Positions 40,749-50,784 of a stretch of 64,000 nt of DNA are shown here, one piece after another. Below the pieces are notes generated by a model. The model saw only the letters and a list, made by a program, of their open reading frames with translations, ran no database searches and was not told the DNA's origin. The position numbers were made by a program, and so were the translations under genes. Position 1 is the stretch's first letter, and each line of letters starts with the position of its first letter. The DNA comes from Hyalangium minutum (GTDB lineage: Bacteria; Myxococcota; Myxococcia; Myxococcales; Myxococcaceae), in NCBI RefSeq assembly GCF_000737315.1, contig NZ_JMCB01000019.1:1-64000 (forward strand), written 5' to 3'.

Positions 40749-41657
40749 ATGGCTCGCGAACCCGACAGACATGCGCTGGATGGCCTCGGCATCCTCCGCG
40801 CCGTGGTGCAGGCGGGGAGCTTCGTGGGCGCGGGGGAGGCGCTCGGCCTCACGCAACCCGCCGTCAGCCGTGCGGTCGCGCGACTTGAGGCCCGGATCGG
40901 TGTGCGGGTGTTCCGTCGGACTGCCCGCTCCATCTCGCTGACGGACGAAGGCCGCCGATTCTATGAGTCGGTCGAGCCGCACCTCCGCGCCATCGAGGAG
41001 GCGACCCTGGTAGCGAGGGATTCCTCGGCCAAGGTCAGCGGCCATCTGCGTGTGAACGTCGGTCCGAGCATCGGGCAGTTCGTGCTGACGCCTCGCCTCC
41101 AGCCGTTCCTCGCGCAGCACCCTGGCCTCTCCATCGAGCTCGCCGTGCGCGATCGCATGGGAGATCTGGTCCGCGAAGGCTTCGACGTCGCCGTCCGGTT
41201 TGGTTACCCGGAGCCCTCAGCGTTGAAGGCACGCCTGCTCATGCGCACGCGTGTCATCACCTGCGCATCGCCCGAGTACCTCGCGCGTCACGGAGAGCCA
41301 CGCCGGCCGAGCGACATCGCGAAGCACCAGTGTGTGCTGATGCGAGACCCTTCCACGGGAAGCCACTTCGCATGGGAGTTCGTGCGCGGCGAGAAGGTCA
41401 TCCCCGTGAACGCGCCTGGACAGCTGATGGTGAACGACATCGGTCCGATGCTCGCCGCGTGTCTCGCGGGGCAGGGAATCGCCCAGGTGCTCGAGCTCTA
41501 CACGCGCGAGTTCCTGGCCGACGGACGGCTCGTGCAAGTGCTCCCGGAGTGGGCGGACGAGACGTATCCGCTCTACGTCTACCATCACTCCGCGCAGCTC
41601 ATGTCGGCCAAGGTTCGCGCCTTCTTGGACTTCGTCGTCGCACTGACGCGCGAGTAG
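40749..41657 (+). CDS. LysR-family regulator (CrgA-like)
   Basis: GSFVGAGEALGLTQPAVSRAVARLE, RTARSISLTDEG, DLVREGFDVAVR. Confidence 0.93.
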   Translation: MAREPDRHALDGLGILRAVVQAGSFVGAGEALGLTQPAVSRAVARLEARIGVRVFRRTARSISLTDEGRRFYESVEPHLRAIEEATLVARDSSAKVSGHLRVNVGPSIGQFVLTPRLQPFLAQHPGLSIELAVRDRMGDLVREGFDVAVRFGYPEPSALKARLLMRTRVITCASPEYLARHGEPRRPSDIAKHQCVLMRDPSTGSHFAWEFVRGEKVIPVNAPGQLMVNDIGPMLAACLAGQGIAQVLELYTREFLADGRLVQVLPEWADETYPLYVYHHSAQLMSAKVRAFLDFVVALTRE

Positions 41658-41664
41658 GCCGCGC

Positions 41665-43743
41665 TCACAGCCCACAGCTCTCGTTGGGCCACCCCGGCGT
41701 GCCGTAGTCGCCCCCCATCAACCGCACATGGTCGCTCGAGTCACACCAGGACTGGGGCTCTCCCTGTGCCTGTGCGCCCATCATCGAAGGGGCGAGGTTC
41801 ATGGAGCGGCCGGGGGTCTGCGGGAAGGTGCTCGACCACGTGAAGTCCTGGATGACGGTTCCCGAGGCCGTCTTCAGGATGAGCTGCCCATCCGCTGGGA
41901 GGTCGAAGGTGTCTCCCAAGGTGGCGTCGACAGGGACGCCCCCGTTGACGTCGAACTCGCCACGCCGTGCGAGGACGAACCACCCTCCGGGGCCGAGGAG
42001 CACGGCGCCCCCAGGGAAAGGGGACTCCACCGTGAAGTGCGTGACGGTTCCCGAGACGATGAGCTCGATCTGGAGCCCCGTGATGTTCCGGACCGCCTGG
42101 ACCATGTTGTGCAGCTCGACGTAGTCCGTGGTGCCCTCCGAGGGGCTGTGCATCACCTCGGTGATGGCCAGCTCGCCCGCCGAGGGCCTGTCCGCGGTGC
42201 CGCACGCGTCCCCGAAGCAAATGCCCTCGGCCCCGGGGCAAGACATGCGCGTCTCCCGGTCCCGGCAGGTGGGCAGACCGTCCACGCCGATACAGGCCGA
42301 GCTGAAGGCGACGTACGTCCTGCCGTCCGCGGCGCAGGTAGGTGCTGGCACCTCGCACGTGACATCCTCGCAGGGAGCGAAGGGTGGAGGCGCGGGGATG
42401 ATCTCCCGGCTCAGCGTGGCCGTCAGCGAGGCAGTGGCCGTATCCGTCACCGTGAGTTGCTGGGGATTCGCGGCGGTCCGGAACACGGCATTGAAGGAGT
42501 GGCGCCCCTCATCCGCTGGGGTGAAGCTGTAGTCCTCGGGCAGCTCGGCGAGCGCATCCGTCGAGGTGACGTGGATCGTGCCCAGATACCCCGTCGCGTC
42601 ATTGCCGAAGGCATCCCGCGCCAGCACCTCCACCGAGAACTCCTCCCCGACTTCGAAAGGCCCGGGCGGCGAGGAGAGGACCAGCTGCGCCACAGCCGCT
42701 GGCAGGACCGTCACGGACGCGCTGGAGCTCAGGGTCGGGGTACTGATGTCATCCACCCGGACCTCCCAGGTCCCCGCCCGGCTCAAGGTGACGGAGAGGG
42801 TCTTCGAGCCATTGTCCGCCGCGGTAAAGGTAACGTCCGAGGGCAGCGCGGCCCCTGGAGACGTCGAGCTGAAGCGCACGGTGCCCTGATAATTCGCCGC
42901 CGGGTTGCCAAAGGCATCCCGGATCGTCACCGTGGCGTTCACCGTGCTCCCCGCCGTCACCGAGCCCGGCAGAGACAGCGTGAGAGACGTGGGCAGCGCG
43001 GGCACGACCTCGAAGAGCGGGCTCGTGGCATCGGCCAGACCGCTCGAGGTGGCCTTCAGCTGGTAGCCCGTTCCAGCCTGCTTCAGCACCACCCGAGGAA
43101 AGCGCGCGACGCCATTGACTGTCTGTGCCGTGAGCGTGCCCTCGAGCCCCGCCGAAGACGGACCCGCCGCGAGCAAGAGCGAGACCTCTCTCGACACGCC
43201 CGCGACGGCACGCCCGAGCCTGTCCTGCACCACCACCTCCACCTCGGGTGACACGGCCTCGCCCGCTGTCGCGGACAGGCTCGCGTTCAGGAAGGCCAGC
43301 TTCGTGGCAGGAGCCGCCACGAACTCAACGGTGGGCCGCTCGCTGAGCTCCACCGAGCCGCCCTCTGCTTCAACCGAGGCAATCACCTGCCGGGATCCTG
43401 CCTGAGAGGAGGTCACCGAAGCGGTCGTCACGCCACTGGCATTGGTCGCCCCGGCGGGCTGCGTGACGGAGGCGCCCTCCCCCGGCACCTCCACGATCAC
43501 GGTCCTTCCAGACAGCGGCTTACCCGTGCTGTCCCTCACCGTCACGGTGATGGTAGCCCGGTCGACACCATCCGCGCGGACGCCCGACGCTCGGTCCACC
43601 GCCACCGTGGAGCGGCTCGCATCCGGCGCCGCCGCGGGGTTCGGAGAAGGAGTCGAGCTCCCTCCCCCACACGCCAGCGAGAGACCCAGGAACAGAGCGC
43701 CCAGCCCCAGCAAGCGGGCGAGCGAGAACACGGACTGCGGCAT
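41665..43743 (-). CDS. Lipoprotein with invasin/Big-type Ig domains, Cys-rich segment and C-terminal lamin-tail domain
   Basis: Lipobox LACG, ADGVDRATITVTV.D (Big_1), repeated VRDAFGN modules, LAITEVM...DYVELHN...GDYGTPGWPN (LTD). Confidence 0.8.
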   Translation of the reverse strand: MPQSVFSLARLLGLGALFLGLSLACGGGSSTPSPNPAAAPDASRSTVAVDRASGVRADGVDRATITVTVRDSTGKPLSGRTVIVEVPGEGASVTQPAGATNASGVTTASVTSSQAGSRQVIASVEAEGGSVELSERPTVEFVAAPATKLAFLNASLSATAGEAVSPEVEVVVQDRLGRAVAGVSREVSLLLAAGPSSAGLEGTLTAQTVNGVARFPRVVLKQAGTGYQLKATSSGLADATSPLFEVVPALPTSLTLSLPGSVTAGSTVNATVTIRDAFGNPAANYQGTVRFSSTSPGAALPSDVTFTAADNGSKTLSVTLSRAGTWEVRVDDISTPTLSSSASVTVLPAAVAQLVLSSPPGPFEVGEEFSVEVLARDAFGNDATGYLGTIHVTSTDALAELPEDYSFTPADEGRHSFNAVFRTAANPQQLTVTDTATASLTATLSREIIPAPPPFAPCEDVTCEVPAPTCAADGRTYVAFSSACIGVDGLPTCRDRETRMSCPGAEGICFGDACGTADRPSAGELAITEVMHSPSEGTTDYVELHNMVQAVRNITGLQIELIVSGTVTHFTVESPFPGGAVLLGPGGWFVLARRGEFDVNGGVPVDATLGDTFDLPADGQLILKTASGTVIQDFTWSSTFPQTPGRSMNLAPSMMGAQAQGEPQSWCDSSDHVRLMGGDYGTPGWPNESCGL

Positions 43744-43838
43744 GAACGTCTCCCAGGGCGCACGGCTCTCCGAGCCACGGGAGAGCCGCTGCGAGGCCCA
43801 GCTCCGTTTTACCAGACCTGGGATCCCCGAGGGAGCCG

Positions 43839-44642
43839 TCAGCCCCCGAGCGCCTGCATGAGCACGCCGGAGCCCATGAGCGACCAGCCGCCGTCACACA
43901 CCATGATCGAGCCGGTGATGTAGGAGGCCGCGTCCGACGCCAGGAAGAGCGCCAGGTTGGAGATGTCCGACTTGGAGCCCATGCGCTGCAGCGGCAGGGT
44001 TCCGATGACCTTCTCGCGCGACTCTGGAGTGGGCGCGAGCCGACGCATGCCCTCGGTGTCGTCGATGGGGCCCGGAGAGATGGAGTTGATGCGGACACCC
44101 GCCGAGCCCCACTCGATGGCCAGCACGCGCGTGAGCATGTCCACGCCGGCCTTCGCCGCACAGACATGCGCCTGCATCGCCGTGGGCAGGTAGGCCTGAG
44201 GCGCGGAGATGTTGATGACGGTGGCGCCCGGCTTGCGCAGGTGCTCGAAGCCGGCCCGGCACGCGTTGAACGTGCCCAACACGTCAATGTCCATCACCGC
44301 CTTGAAGCCGTTGGAGGACATGGCCAGCGCGGGCGCCGGGAAGTTGCCCGCGGCTCCGCACACCAGGATGTCGATCTCCCCATACGCCTCGTGGGCCGTC
44401 TGGAAGGCCTTCTCGACGCTGGCGTAGTCGCGCACGTCCGCGGGGAGGCCCATGGCGGTGCCGTGGGCCTGGAGCCCCTTCACCGCGCCCTCGAGCTTCT
44501 CCACGTTCCGGCCGTTGATGACCACCTTGGCGCCCGCCTTCACGAAGCGCTCGGCGATCCCGAGGTTGATGCCACTGCTCCCGCCGGTGACGAAGGCCAC
44601 CTTCCCCGCGAGCAGTCCGTCCTTGAAGATTCCATCAGCCAT
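43839..44642 (-). CDS. SDR, 2,4-dienoyl-CoA reductase (peroxisomal type)
   Basis: VTGGSSGIN, GAAGNFPAP, AHVCAAKAGVD, NSISPGPI. Confidence 0.88.
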   Translation of the reverse strand: MADGIFKDGLLAGKVAFVTGGSSGINLGIAERFVKAGAKVVINGRNVEKLEGAVKGLQAHGTAMGLPADVRDYASVEKAFQTAHEAYGEIDILVCGAAGNFPAPALAMSSNGFKAVMDIDVLGTFNACRAGFEHLRKPGATVINISAPQAYLPTAMQAHVCAAKAGVDMLTRVLAIEWGSAGVRINSISPGPIDDTEGMRRLAPTPESREKVIGTLPLQRMGSKSDISNLALFLASDAASYITGSIMVCDGGWSLMGSGVLMQALGG

Positions 44643-44645
44643 GGC

Positions 44646-45473
44646 TCATCTCCCTTGAAAGCGCGGAGGCCGCCGCTCCATGAAGGCCGCGAACGCCTCG
44701 GTCAAATCGTTCGACTGCAAGAAGGCCGCGTTCCACACGGCCACGTAGCGCAGCCCGTCCTCCACGGACTTGTCTGCGCAGTACTCCATCACCTGCTTGG
44801 CGCCCTGAACCACCAGCGGCGGGTTGTCCGCGATCTTCCGCGCGGTGGCCCGCGCCCCGGCCAGGAGTGCCTCAGGCGACTCGAACACCTCGTTGACGAG
44901 CCCCATGCGCAGAGCCCGCTCGGCGTCGAAGTCCCCGGCGGTGTAGGCCAGCTCGCGCGTGTGGCCCTCGCCGATGATACGGGGCAGCCGCTGGAGCGCC
45001 CCCAGGTCCGCGATGATGCCCACCTTCGCCTCGCGCAGGCTGAACTTCGCCTCGCGCGAGCAGTACCGGAAGTCGCACGCGGCGATCAGATCGATGCCGC
45101 CGCCGATGCACCAGCCCTGAACCGCCGCGAGCACGGGCTTGCGGCAGCGGGCGAGCCCCTCGGTTGCGCCCTGCATGCGCTGAATGAGCTGGAGCAGCTT
45201 CGTGCGCTCGGAGGCGAGGTTGTTGTCCCCGCCGATCAGCGGCCCGAGCGTCTCTGTCATCGCCGCGAGTTCTAGGCCGTAGGAGAAGTTCTTCCCCTCG
45301 CCGCGCACCAGGAGCACACGCACGGACTCGTCGGCCTCGAGCTCACGGATCGCTTCTGGCATCTCACGCCAGAAGTCCGGCCCCATCGCGTTGCCCTTAC
45401 CGGGACCAATGAGGACAACCTCTGCGATGCCGTCCGACTTCTCGATGCGCAGTGACTGGTACGTCTCGGCCAT
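44646..45473 (-). CDS. Crotonase-family enoyl-CoA hydratase/dienoyl-CoA isomerase
   Basis: GKGNAMG, FSYGLEL, GWCIGGGIDL, ADLGALQRLPRIIG. Confidence 0.9.
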   Translation of the reverse strand: MAETYQSLRIEKSDGIAEVVLIGPGKGNAMGPDFWREMPEAIRELEADESVRVLLVRGEGKNFSYGLELAAMTETLGPLIGGDNNLASERTKLLQLIQRMQGATEGLARCRKPVLAAVQGWCIGGGIDLIAACDFRYCSREAKFSLREAKVGIIADLGALQRLPRIIGEGHTRELAYTAGDFDAERALRMGLVNEVFESPEALLAGARATARKIADNPPLVVQGAKQVMEYCADKSVEDGLRYVAVWNAAFLQSNDLTEAFAAFMERRPPRFQGR

Positions 45474-45701
45474 GGGAGCGCTCCCTCGCTTGGGAGCGGC
45501 ACTTGACCAGAAACGGACAAGGGACGTCCACGACTTCAGCCTCCGGGACTCCCTGTCCGCGGGTGATCGATTTCTCAGAGCGCCCTCGGAAATTCGAGAG
45601 GGCCCACGGGAACGGGAGCCTCCAAGTGCTCGAAGTCCTTTCCTCGGGGGTGCGCACGCAAATTGCTCCTCCCTGCGCGGACCTTCCATGGAGGAGTGTG
45701 T

Positions 45702-46988
45702 ATGGGCTCGCGTCGTCTCTGGCTTTCACCTGTGGTTACAGCCCTGCTGATGCTGGCGGGGTGCTCTTCTGAAGAGCCTCTGGGGCCTGAAATACCGCCT
45801 CCCCCCGGTGAGCTCATTGCCTCGAGTGATGAGCGGGTGACTCCCGCGGTCGCCGCCGAGACCTTGGCGTCGGCCGCCTCGGGGAACACCGATTTCGGCG
45901 CGGCGCTGTATCCCCTTATCGCGCGCCCGAACGAGAACCTCTTCTTCTCTCCGTTCAGCATCACCCAGGCCTTCGCCATGGTGTACGCGGGGGCCCGCGG
46001 CAACACCGCCCAGCAGATGTCGCAGGCGCTGCACTTCCCCCTCTCCCAAGAGCAGCTCCACCCCGCCATGAACGCGCTGGACCTGGCGCTCAACAGCCGG
46101 GCCGCGCAGACACGGGGACCCCAGGTGGTACCGCCGGAGTTCCGCGTAGTGAACGCCACCTGGGGACAGCGCGGCTTCGCGTTCGAGCCTGCATTCCTCG
46201 ACGTGCTCGCCCAGCACTACGGCACAGGCATGCACGTGGTGGACTTCAGCACCGAGGCCGAAAGCCTCCGCACCCAAATCAATGACTGGGTCGCAGGCCA
46301 AACCCACGACCGCATCAAGGACTTGCTCCCCGAGGGCTCGGTGAAGAGCGACACGAAGCTGGCACTCACCAACGCGCTCTATTTCAAAGGAGCGTGGGCA
46401 GAGCGTTTCGATCCGCAAGCCACCGTGCCCGCGAACTTCCACCTGCTGGGAGGTGGCACGCAGCAGGTCCAGCTGATGCAGCGCACGTTCTGGCTCCCCT
46501 ACAAGCGGGGGGAGGACTTCCAGGCCTTCGCGCTCCCCTACTCGGGAGGTGCCTTCCGGATGCTGTTCATCGTCCCCGACAGTGGCCAGTTCCCGGCGGT
46601 CGAAGCGCGGCTCTCGGCGGAGTTCCTGGACAGCATCCGCGGGACGATGGAGAACCGAGTGTACGCGCTGGGCCTGCCCCGGTTCCGCGTGGAGACAGAG
46701 TTCTCCCTCGTCCCACCGCTCCAGCAGCGGGGCATGACAGACGCCTTCTCCGATACCGCCGATCTCTCGGGCATCTCGCAGGAGACGCGCCTGAAGCTCT
46801 CGACCGCACAACACAAGGCCTTCGTGGCCGTGGATGAAAACGGCACGGAAGCGGCGGCGGCCACAGGAGTGACCGCCGTGCCCGTCTCCATCCCCGAGCC
46901 GCTCATCGTCGACCGGCCCTTCCTCTTCCTCATCGAGGATGTGGAGACTCGGACCGTGCTCTTCCTCGGGCGTATCGTGAAGCCCTGA
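45702..46988 (+). CDS. Serpin, lipoprotein-anchored
   Basis: Lipobox LAGC, NLFFSPFSI, NALYFKGAW, hinge DENGTEAAAAT, VDRPFLFLI. Confidence 0.93.
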   Translation: MGSRRLWLSPVVTALLMLAGCSSEEPLGPEIPPPPGELIASSDERVTPAVAAETLASAASGNTDFGAALYPLIARPNENLFFSPFSITQAFAMVYAGARGNTAQQMSQALHFPLSQEQLHPAMNALDLALNSRAAQTRGPQVVPPEFRVVNATWGQRGFAFEPAFLDVLAQHYGTGMHVVDFSTEAESLRTQINDWVAGQTHDRIKDLLPEGSVKSDTKLALTNALYFKGAWAERFDPQATVPANFHLLGGGTQQVQLMQRTFWLPYKRGEDFQAFALPYSGGAFRMLFIVPDSGQFPAVEARLSAEFLDSIRGTMENRVYALGLPRFRVETEFSLVPPLQQRGMTDAFSDTADLSGISQETRLKLSTAQHKAFVAVDENGTEAAAATGVTAVPVSIPEPLIVDRPFLFLIEDVETRTVLFLGRIVKP

Positions 46989-47005
46989 GCCCGAGTCTGC
47001 ACTGG

Positions 47006-47031
47006 GGAGCTGGGGCCACTACCCCAGCTCC
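47006..47031. terminator. 10-bp hairpin overlapping the dnaE stop, between convergent serpin and dnaE
   Basis: GGAGCTGGGG-CCACTA-CCCCAGCTCC. Confidence 0.6.
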
Positions 47032-50000
47032 ACCACCTTCATCCCGAACAGCTTGTCCACGGCCAGCAGCAGCTCGTCGTTCACCTGCACCTTGAGCTGG
47101 GTGCCACCGATGAGCGCCTCGGCCTCGCCCGGGAACAGCACGCTCACCGCCACTGGCGTGGCTCCCGCGTTCTTCTTGGCGATCTCCAAGAGCTTCGCCA
47201 GCTTCTCCTCGGTGAGCAGGTCCGCCGGCACGCGCAGCTCCAGCCGCTTCGTTCGCTTCTCGCGCACCGCCTTCAGGCTCTGGATGTCCTCGACGATCAG
47301 CTCCGCCGTGGGTGCATCCTCGTCCCGCTGACTGATCTGCACCGTGCCCGTCACCAGGATGGGGTCATCCCCCTTCAGCAGCGGCTCCCAGTGCTCGTAC
47401 CCCGGCTTGGGCCCCTGCTTGCTCCACTTGCCGTCCTTGCCCATCACCGACCGCGTGCCGTCCTTGCCCGGGAAGCACACCAGCTCGATGGAGCCGGACA
47501 GGTCCTCCAGCGTCACCCACGCCATGCGCTTGCCCGTCTTCGTGGGCCGCTCGCGCATGGCCGCGATGATGCCGCCCACGGAGATCTTGTCGTCCCGCCG
47601 GGCCCGCTGCACCGCTGTCACCGGCCGCGCGTAGCGCTTCAGTTCCTTCTCGTACGCGTACAGGGGGTGGCCGGACACGTAGAAGCCGATGGCCTCCTTC
47701 TCGTAGGAGAGCCGCTCCTTCTCCACCCACTCCTCCACCGCCGCGAAGTCGTCCTTCATCGCCGCGCCGCCACCCGAGGACGGCCCCGCCAACATCCCGA
47801 ACAGCGAGCTCTGCCCCGCCGCCTTGTCCTTCTGGCTGGCCGAGCCCCGGTTCAGCGCCCTCTCGATGGTCTCGAAGAGCTGCCGCCGCGGACGCTTCTC
47901 GAAGTCGAACGCGCCGGCCTTCACCAGCGCTTCGAGCACCTTCCGGTTCACCCGGCGGCCGTCCACGCGCTCGCAGAAGTCGAACAGGCCCTTGAAGGGG
48001 CCCTCCTTGCGCGCCTCGACGATGGCCTCGATGGCGCCCTCGCCCACGCCCTTGATGGCGCCCAGACCGAAGCGGATCTTCCCGTCCACCGCGCCGAACG
48101 CCATGTCCGACTGGTTCACGTCCGGCGGGAGCACCTGGGTGCCCGACTCGCGGGCCTCGCCGATGTGCCGCACCACCTTGTCGGTGTTGTCCTTCTCGCT
48201 GGTGAGAAGGGCGGCCATGAACTCCACTTTGTAGTGGGCCTTGAGCCACGCCGTGTGGATGGTGATGAGGCCGTACGCCGCCGAGTGGCTCTTGTTGAAG
48301 CCGTACTCGGCGAACTTCTCCATGAGGTCGAAGATCTCGCCGGCCACCTTCAGGTCGACGTTGTTCTTCTTGCAGCCCTCCAGGAAGCCGGCGCGCTCGG
48401 CCTGCATCACCTCGGCCTTCTTCTTGCCCATCGCGCGGCGGAGCAGGTCCGCGCGGCCCAGGGTGTAGCCACCCAGGACCTGCGAGATCTGCATCACCTG
48501 CTCCTGGTACACGATGACGCCGTAGGTGTCCTTGAGCACCGGCTCCAGCGCCGGGTGAGGGTACGTCACCGGCTCGCGGCCGTGCTTGCGGTTGATGAAG
48601 ACGTCCACCATGCCCGAGTCCAGCGGACCCGGACGGTAGAGCGCGCCCGCGGCGATCACGTCTTCGAAGCAGGACGGCTTGAGCTTCATCACCATTTCGG
48701 TGAAGCCGCTGGACTCCATCTGGAAGACGCCGGCCGTGTCGCCCTGGGCCATCAGCTCCCACATCTTGTCGTCGTGCAGCGGGATGTCCTCCCGCTCGAG
48801 GGGCTTCTCCTTGGGGTGGTTGCGGTTGATGAGGTCCAGCGCGTTCTGGATCACCGTGAGCGTCTTCAGCCCGAGGAAGTCGAACTTCACCAGGCCCGCC
48901 GCCTCCACCTCGTCCTTGGCGAACTGGGTGATGAGCGTCTTCTCACCGGGCGGCTGGTAGACGGGGACGAACTCCCACAGCGGCTTGTCGGCGATCACCA
49001 CGCCGGCGGCGTGCATGCCCGGCTGGCGGTGCAGGCCCTCCAGCGCGAGCGCGATCTCCAGCACGTCCTTGGTGGTGACTGGCTTGCCTTCCACCTCGCC
49101 GATGTTCGAGGGCTTCTCGATCATCTCCTTGAGGCGAGGCTCGGTCTCGATGGCCTCCTTCAGGGTGATGTTGAGGACCTCGGGCACCAGCTTGGCGATG
49201 CGGTCACCCTCGCTGAACGGCAGGGCGAACACACGGCACACGTCGCGCAGCACGCTCTTGGCCTTCAAGCTGCCGAAGGTGATGATCTGCCCGACGTTGT
49301 TCTCGCCGTACTTGCCCGAGACGTACTTGATGACCTCGTCCCGGCGGTCCTGGCAGAAGTCGATATCGAAGTCCGGCATCGACACGCGCTCAGGGTTGAG
49401 GAAGCGCTCGAACAGCAGGTTGTACGGGATGGGATCCAGGTCGGTAATGCGCAGCGCGTAGGCCACCAGCGAGCCTGCGCCCGAGCCACGGCCCGGCCCC
49501 ACCGGGATGGTGTGCTTCTTGGCCCAGTTGATGAAGTCCTGGACGATGAGGAAGTAGCCGCTGAACCCCATCTTCTGGATGACGCCAATCTCCAGATTGA
49601 GGCGCGCGCGGTAGGCGTCCACATCGAACTTGGCCCCGGCCTTGTGCAGCTCCTTGAAGCGCTCGTGGAGGCCCTCGAAGGCCAGCTCCGCCATGAAGCT
49701 GTCCGGAGTGTGGCTCTCGGGCACCTTGAAGGTGGGCAGCATGGGCTTGCCCAGCTTCAGCTCCAGGTTGCACTGCTCGGCGATGACTTGCGTGTTGTGA
49801 ACGGCCTCGGGGGTGTCCTTGAAGAACTCGAGCATCTCCTGGGGGCTCGTGACGTAGAGCTTGTCCGTGGAGTGCTTCATGCGCTTGCCGTCCGCCAGCG
49901 TCTTGCCGCTGGCGATGCACATGAGCAGCTCGTGCGCCCGCGCGTCCTCGCGCTTGATGTAGTGGGCGTCCGCCGTGGCGCACAGCGGGATGTCCAAGTC

Positions 50001-50576
50001 CCTGCCGAGCTGCTTGAGGTTCTCGTTGGCCTTGTCCTGCTCGGGCATCCCGTTGGACTGCACCTCGAGGAAGAAGTGGCCCGGCTCGAAGATGTTCTTG
50101 TACTCGAGCGCCGCCTTGCGGGCGTGGTCCATGTCCCCGCGGAAGCAGGCGCTCGTCACCTCTCCACCCAGGCACGCGGTGAGCGCGAAGAGGCCCTTGC
50201 TGTGCTCTGCCAGCAGCTTCTTGTCGATGCGCGGGTGGTAGTAGAAGCCGTCCATGTACGCCTTGGAGGCCAGGTAGCGCAGGTTCGCGTAGCCCTCGGC
50301 GTTCTGGGCCACGAGGATGAGGTGGTGGGCCACCTTCTCCGTGCGGTCCTCGCGGCCCTTGGTGCCGGCCACGTAGGCCTCCATCCCGACGATGGGCTTG
50401 ATGCCGGCATCCTTCGCCTTCTTGTAGAAGTCGATGGTGGCGAACATGTTGCCGTGGTCCGTCACGGCCACGCTCGACATGCCCTTCTCCTTGACCGTCT
50501 TGATGAGGTCCTTCATCCGGATGGCCCCATCCAGGAGGGAGTACAGGGTATGCAGGTGGAGATGGGTAAAGGACAT
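47019..50576 (-). CDS. dnaE: DNA polymerase III alpha subunit
   Basis: HLHLHT.YSLLDG PHP domain, GPGRGSGAGS, MPDFDIDF, GYGFNKSHS-like YGFNKSHSAAY, OB fold. Confidence 0.97.
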   Translation of the reverse strand: MSFTHLHLHTLYSLLDGAIRMKDLIKTVKEKGMSSVAVTDHGNMFATIDFYKKAKDAGIKPIVGMEAYVAGTKGREDRTEKVAHHLILVAQNAEGYANLRYLASKAYMDGFYYHPRIDKKLLAEHSKGLFALTACLGGEVTSACFRGDMDHARKAALEYKNIFEPGHFFLEVQSNGMPEQDKANENLKQLGRDLDIPLCATADAHYIKREDARAHELLMCIASGKTLADGKRMKHSTDKLYVTSPQEMLEFFKDTPEAVHNTQVIAEQCNLELKLGKPMLPTFKVPESHTPDSFMAELAFEGLHERFKELHKAGAKFDVDAYRARLNLEIGVIQKMGFSGYFLIVQDFINWAKKHTIPVGPGRGSGAGSLVAYALRITDLDPIPYNLLFERFLNPERVSMPDFDIDFCQDRRDEVIKYVSGKYGENNVGQIITFGSLKAKSVLRDVCRVFALPFSEGDRIAKLVPEVLNITLKEAIETEPRLKEMIEKPSNIGEVEGKPVTTKDVLEIALALEGLHRQPGMHAAGVVIADKPLWEFVPVYQPPGEKTLITQFAKDEVEAAGLVKFDFLGLKTLTVIQNALDLINRNHPKEKPLEREDIPLHDDKMWELMAQGDTAGVFQMESSGFTEMVMKLKPSCFEDVIAAGALYRPGPLDSGMVDVFINRKHGREPVTYPHPALEPVLKDTYGVIVYQEQVMQISQVLGGYTLGRADLLRRAMGKKKAEVMQAERAGFLEGCKKNNVDLKVAGEIFDLMEKFAEYGFNKSHSAAYGLITIHTAWLKAHYKVEFMAALLTSEKDNTDKVVRHIGEARESGTQVLPPDVNQSDMAFGAVDGKIRFGLGAIKGVGEGAIEAIVEARKEGPFKGLFDFCERVDGRRVNRKVLEALVKAGAFDFEKRPRRQLFETIERALNRGSASQKDKAAGQSSLFGMLAGPSSGGGAAMKDDFAAVEEWVEKERLSYEKEAIGFYVSGHPLYAYEKELKRYARPVTAVQRARRDDKISVGGIIAAMRERPTKTGKRMAWVTLEDLSGSIELVCFPGKDGTRSVMGKDGKWSKQGPKPGYEHWEPLLKGDDPILVTGTVQISQRDEDAPTAELIVEDIQSLKAVREKRTKRLELRVPADLLTEEKLAKLLEIAKKNAGATPVAVSVLFPGEAEALIGGTQLKVQVNDELLLAVDKLFGMKVVELG

Positions 50577-50686
50577 GGTCTCGAGGTGTTCAGGCGAGCA
50601 AGAGCGGCCGGCGAACAATAGGGTCCCCGAACGCGCGCCGCCACACATCCCTGCCGAGTAGGTTCGGAGGCCGAAAAATCGGCACT

Positions 50687-50702
50687 TGGCACGTCTCGTG
50701 CT
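50687..50702 (+). promoter_or_regulatory. sigma54 (-24/-12) promoter upstream of the sulfatase-like gene
   Basis: TGGCACGTCTCGTGCT with exact GG-N10-GC spacing. Confidence 0.65.
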
Positions 50703-50784
50703 GTCCCTGGGTAGGGCCGCGAGAAGAGGACCTTTCAGGTGGTATGAGGCTCGGCGAAGTTGCCCTACAAGGAGGGTAACAGCC

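Noticed and set aside
47391-50621. 1076-aa plus-strand ORF, and similar long ORFs at 25613-27661, 18504-21089, 35136-37340, 50590-52782, 37888-39615, 12668-14428 and 13041-14561
   Set aside because: They lie antisense or off-frame to clearly recognisable genes. Stop-free shadow frames are expected at this GC3 level, and the translations have no motifs.
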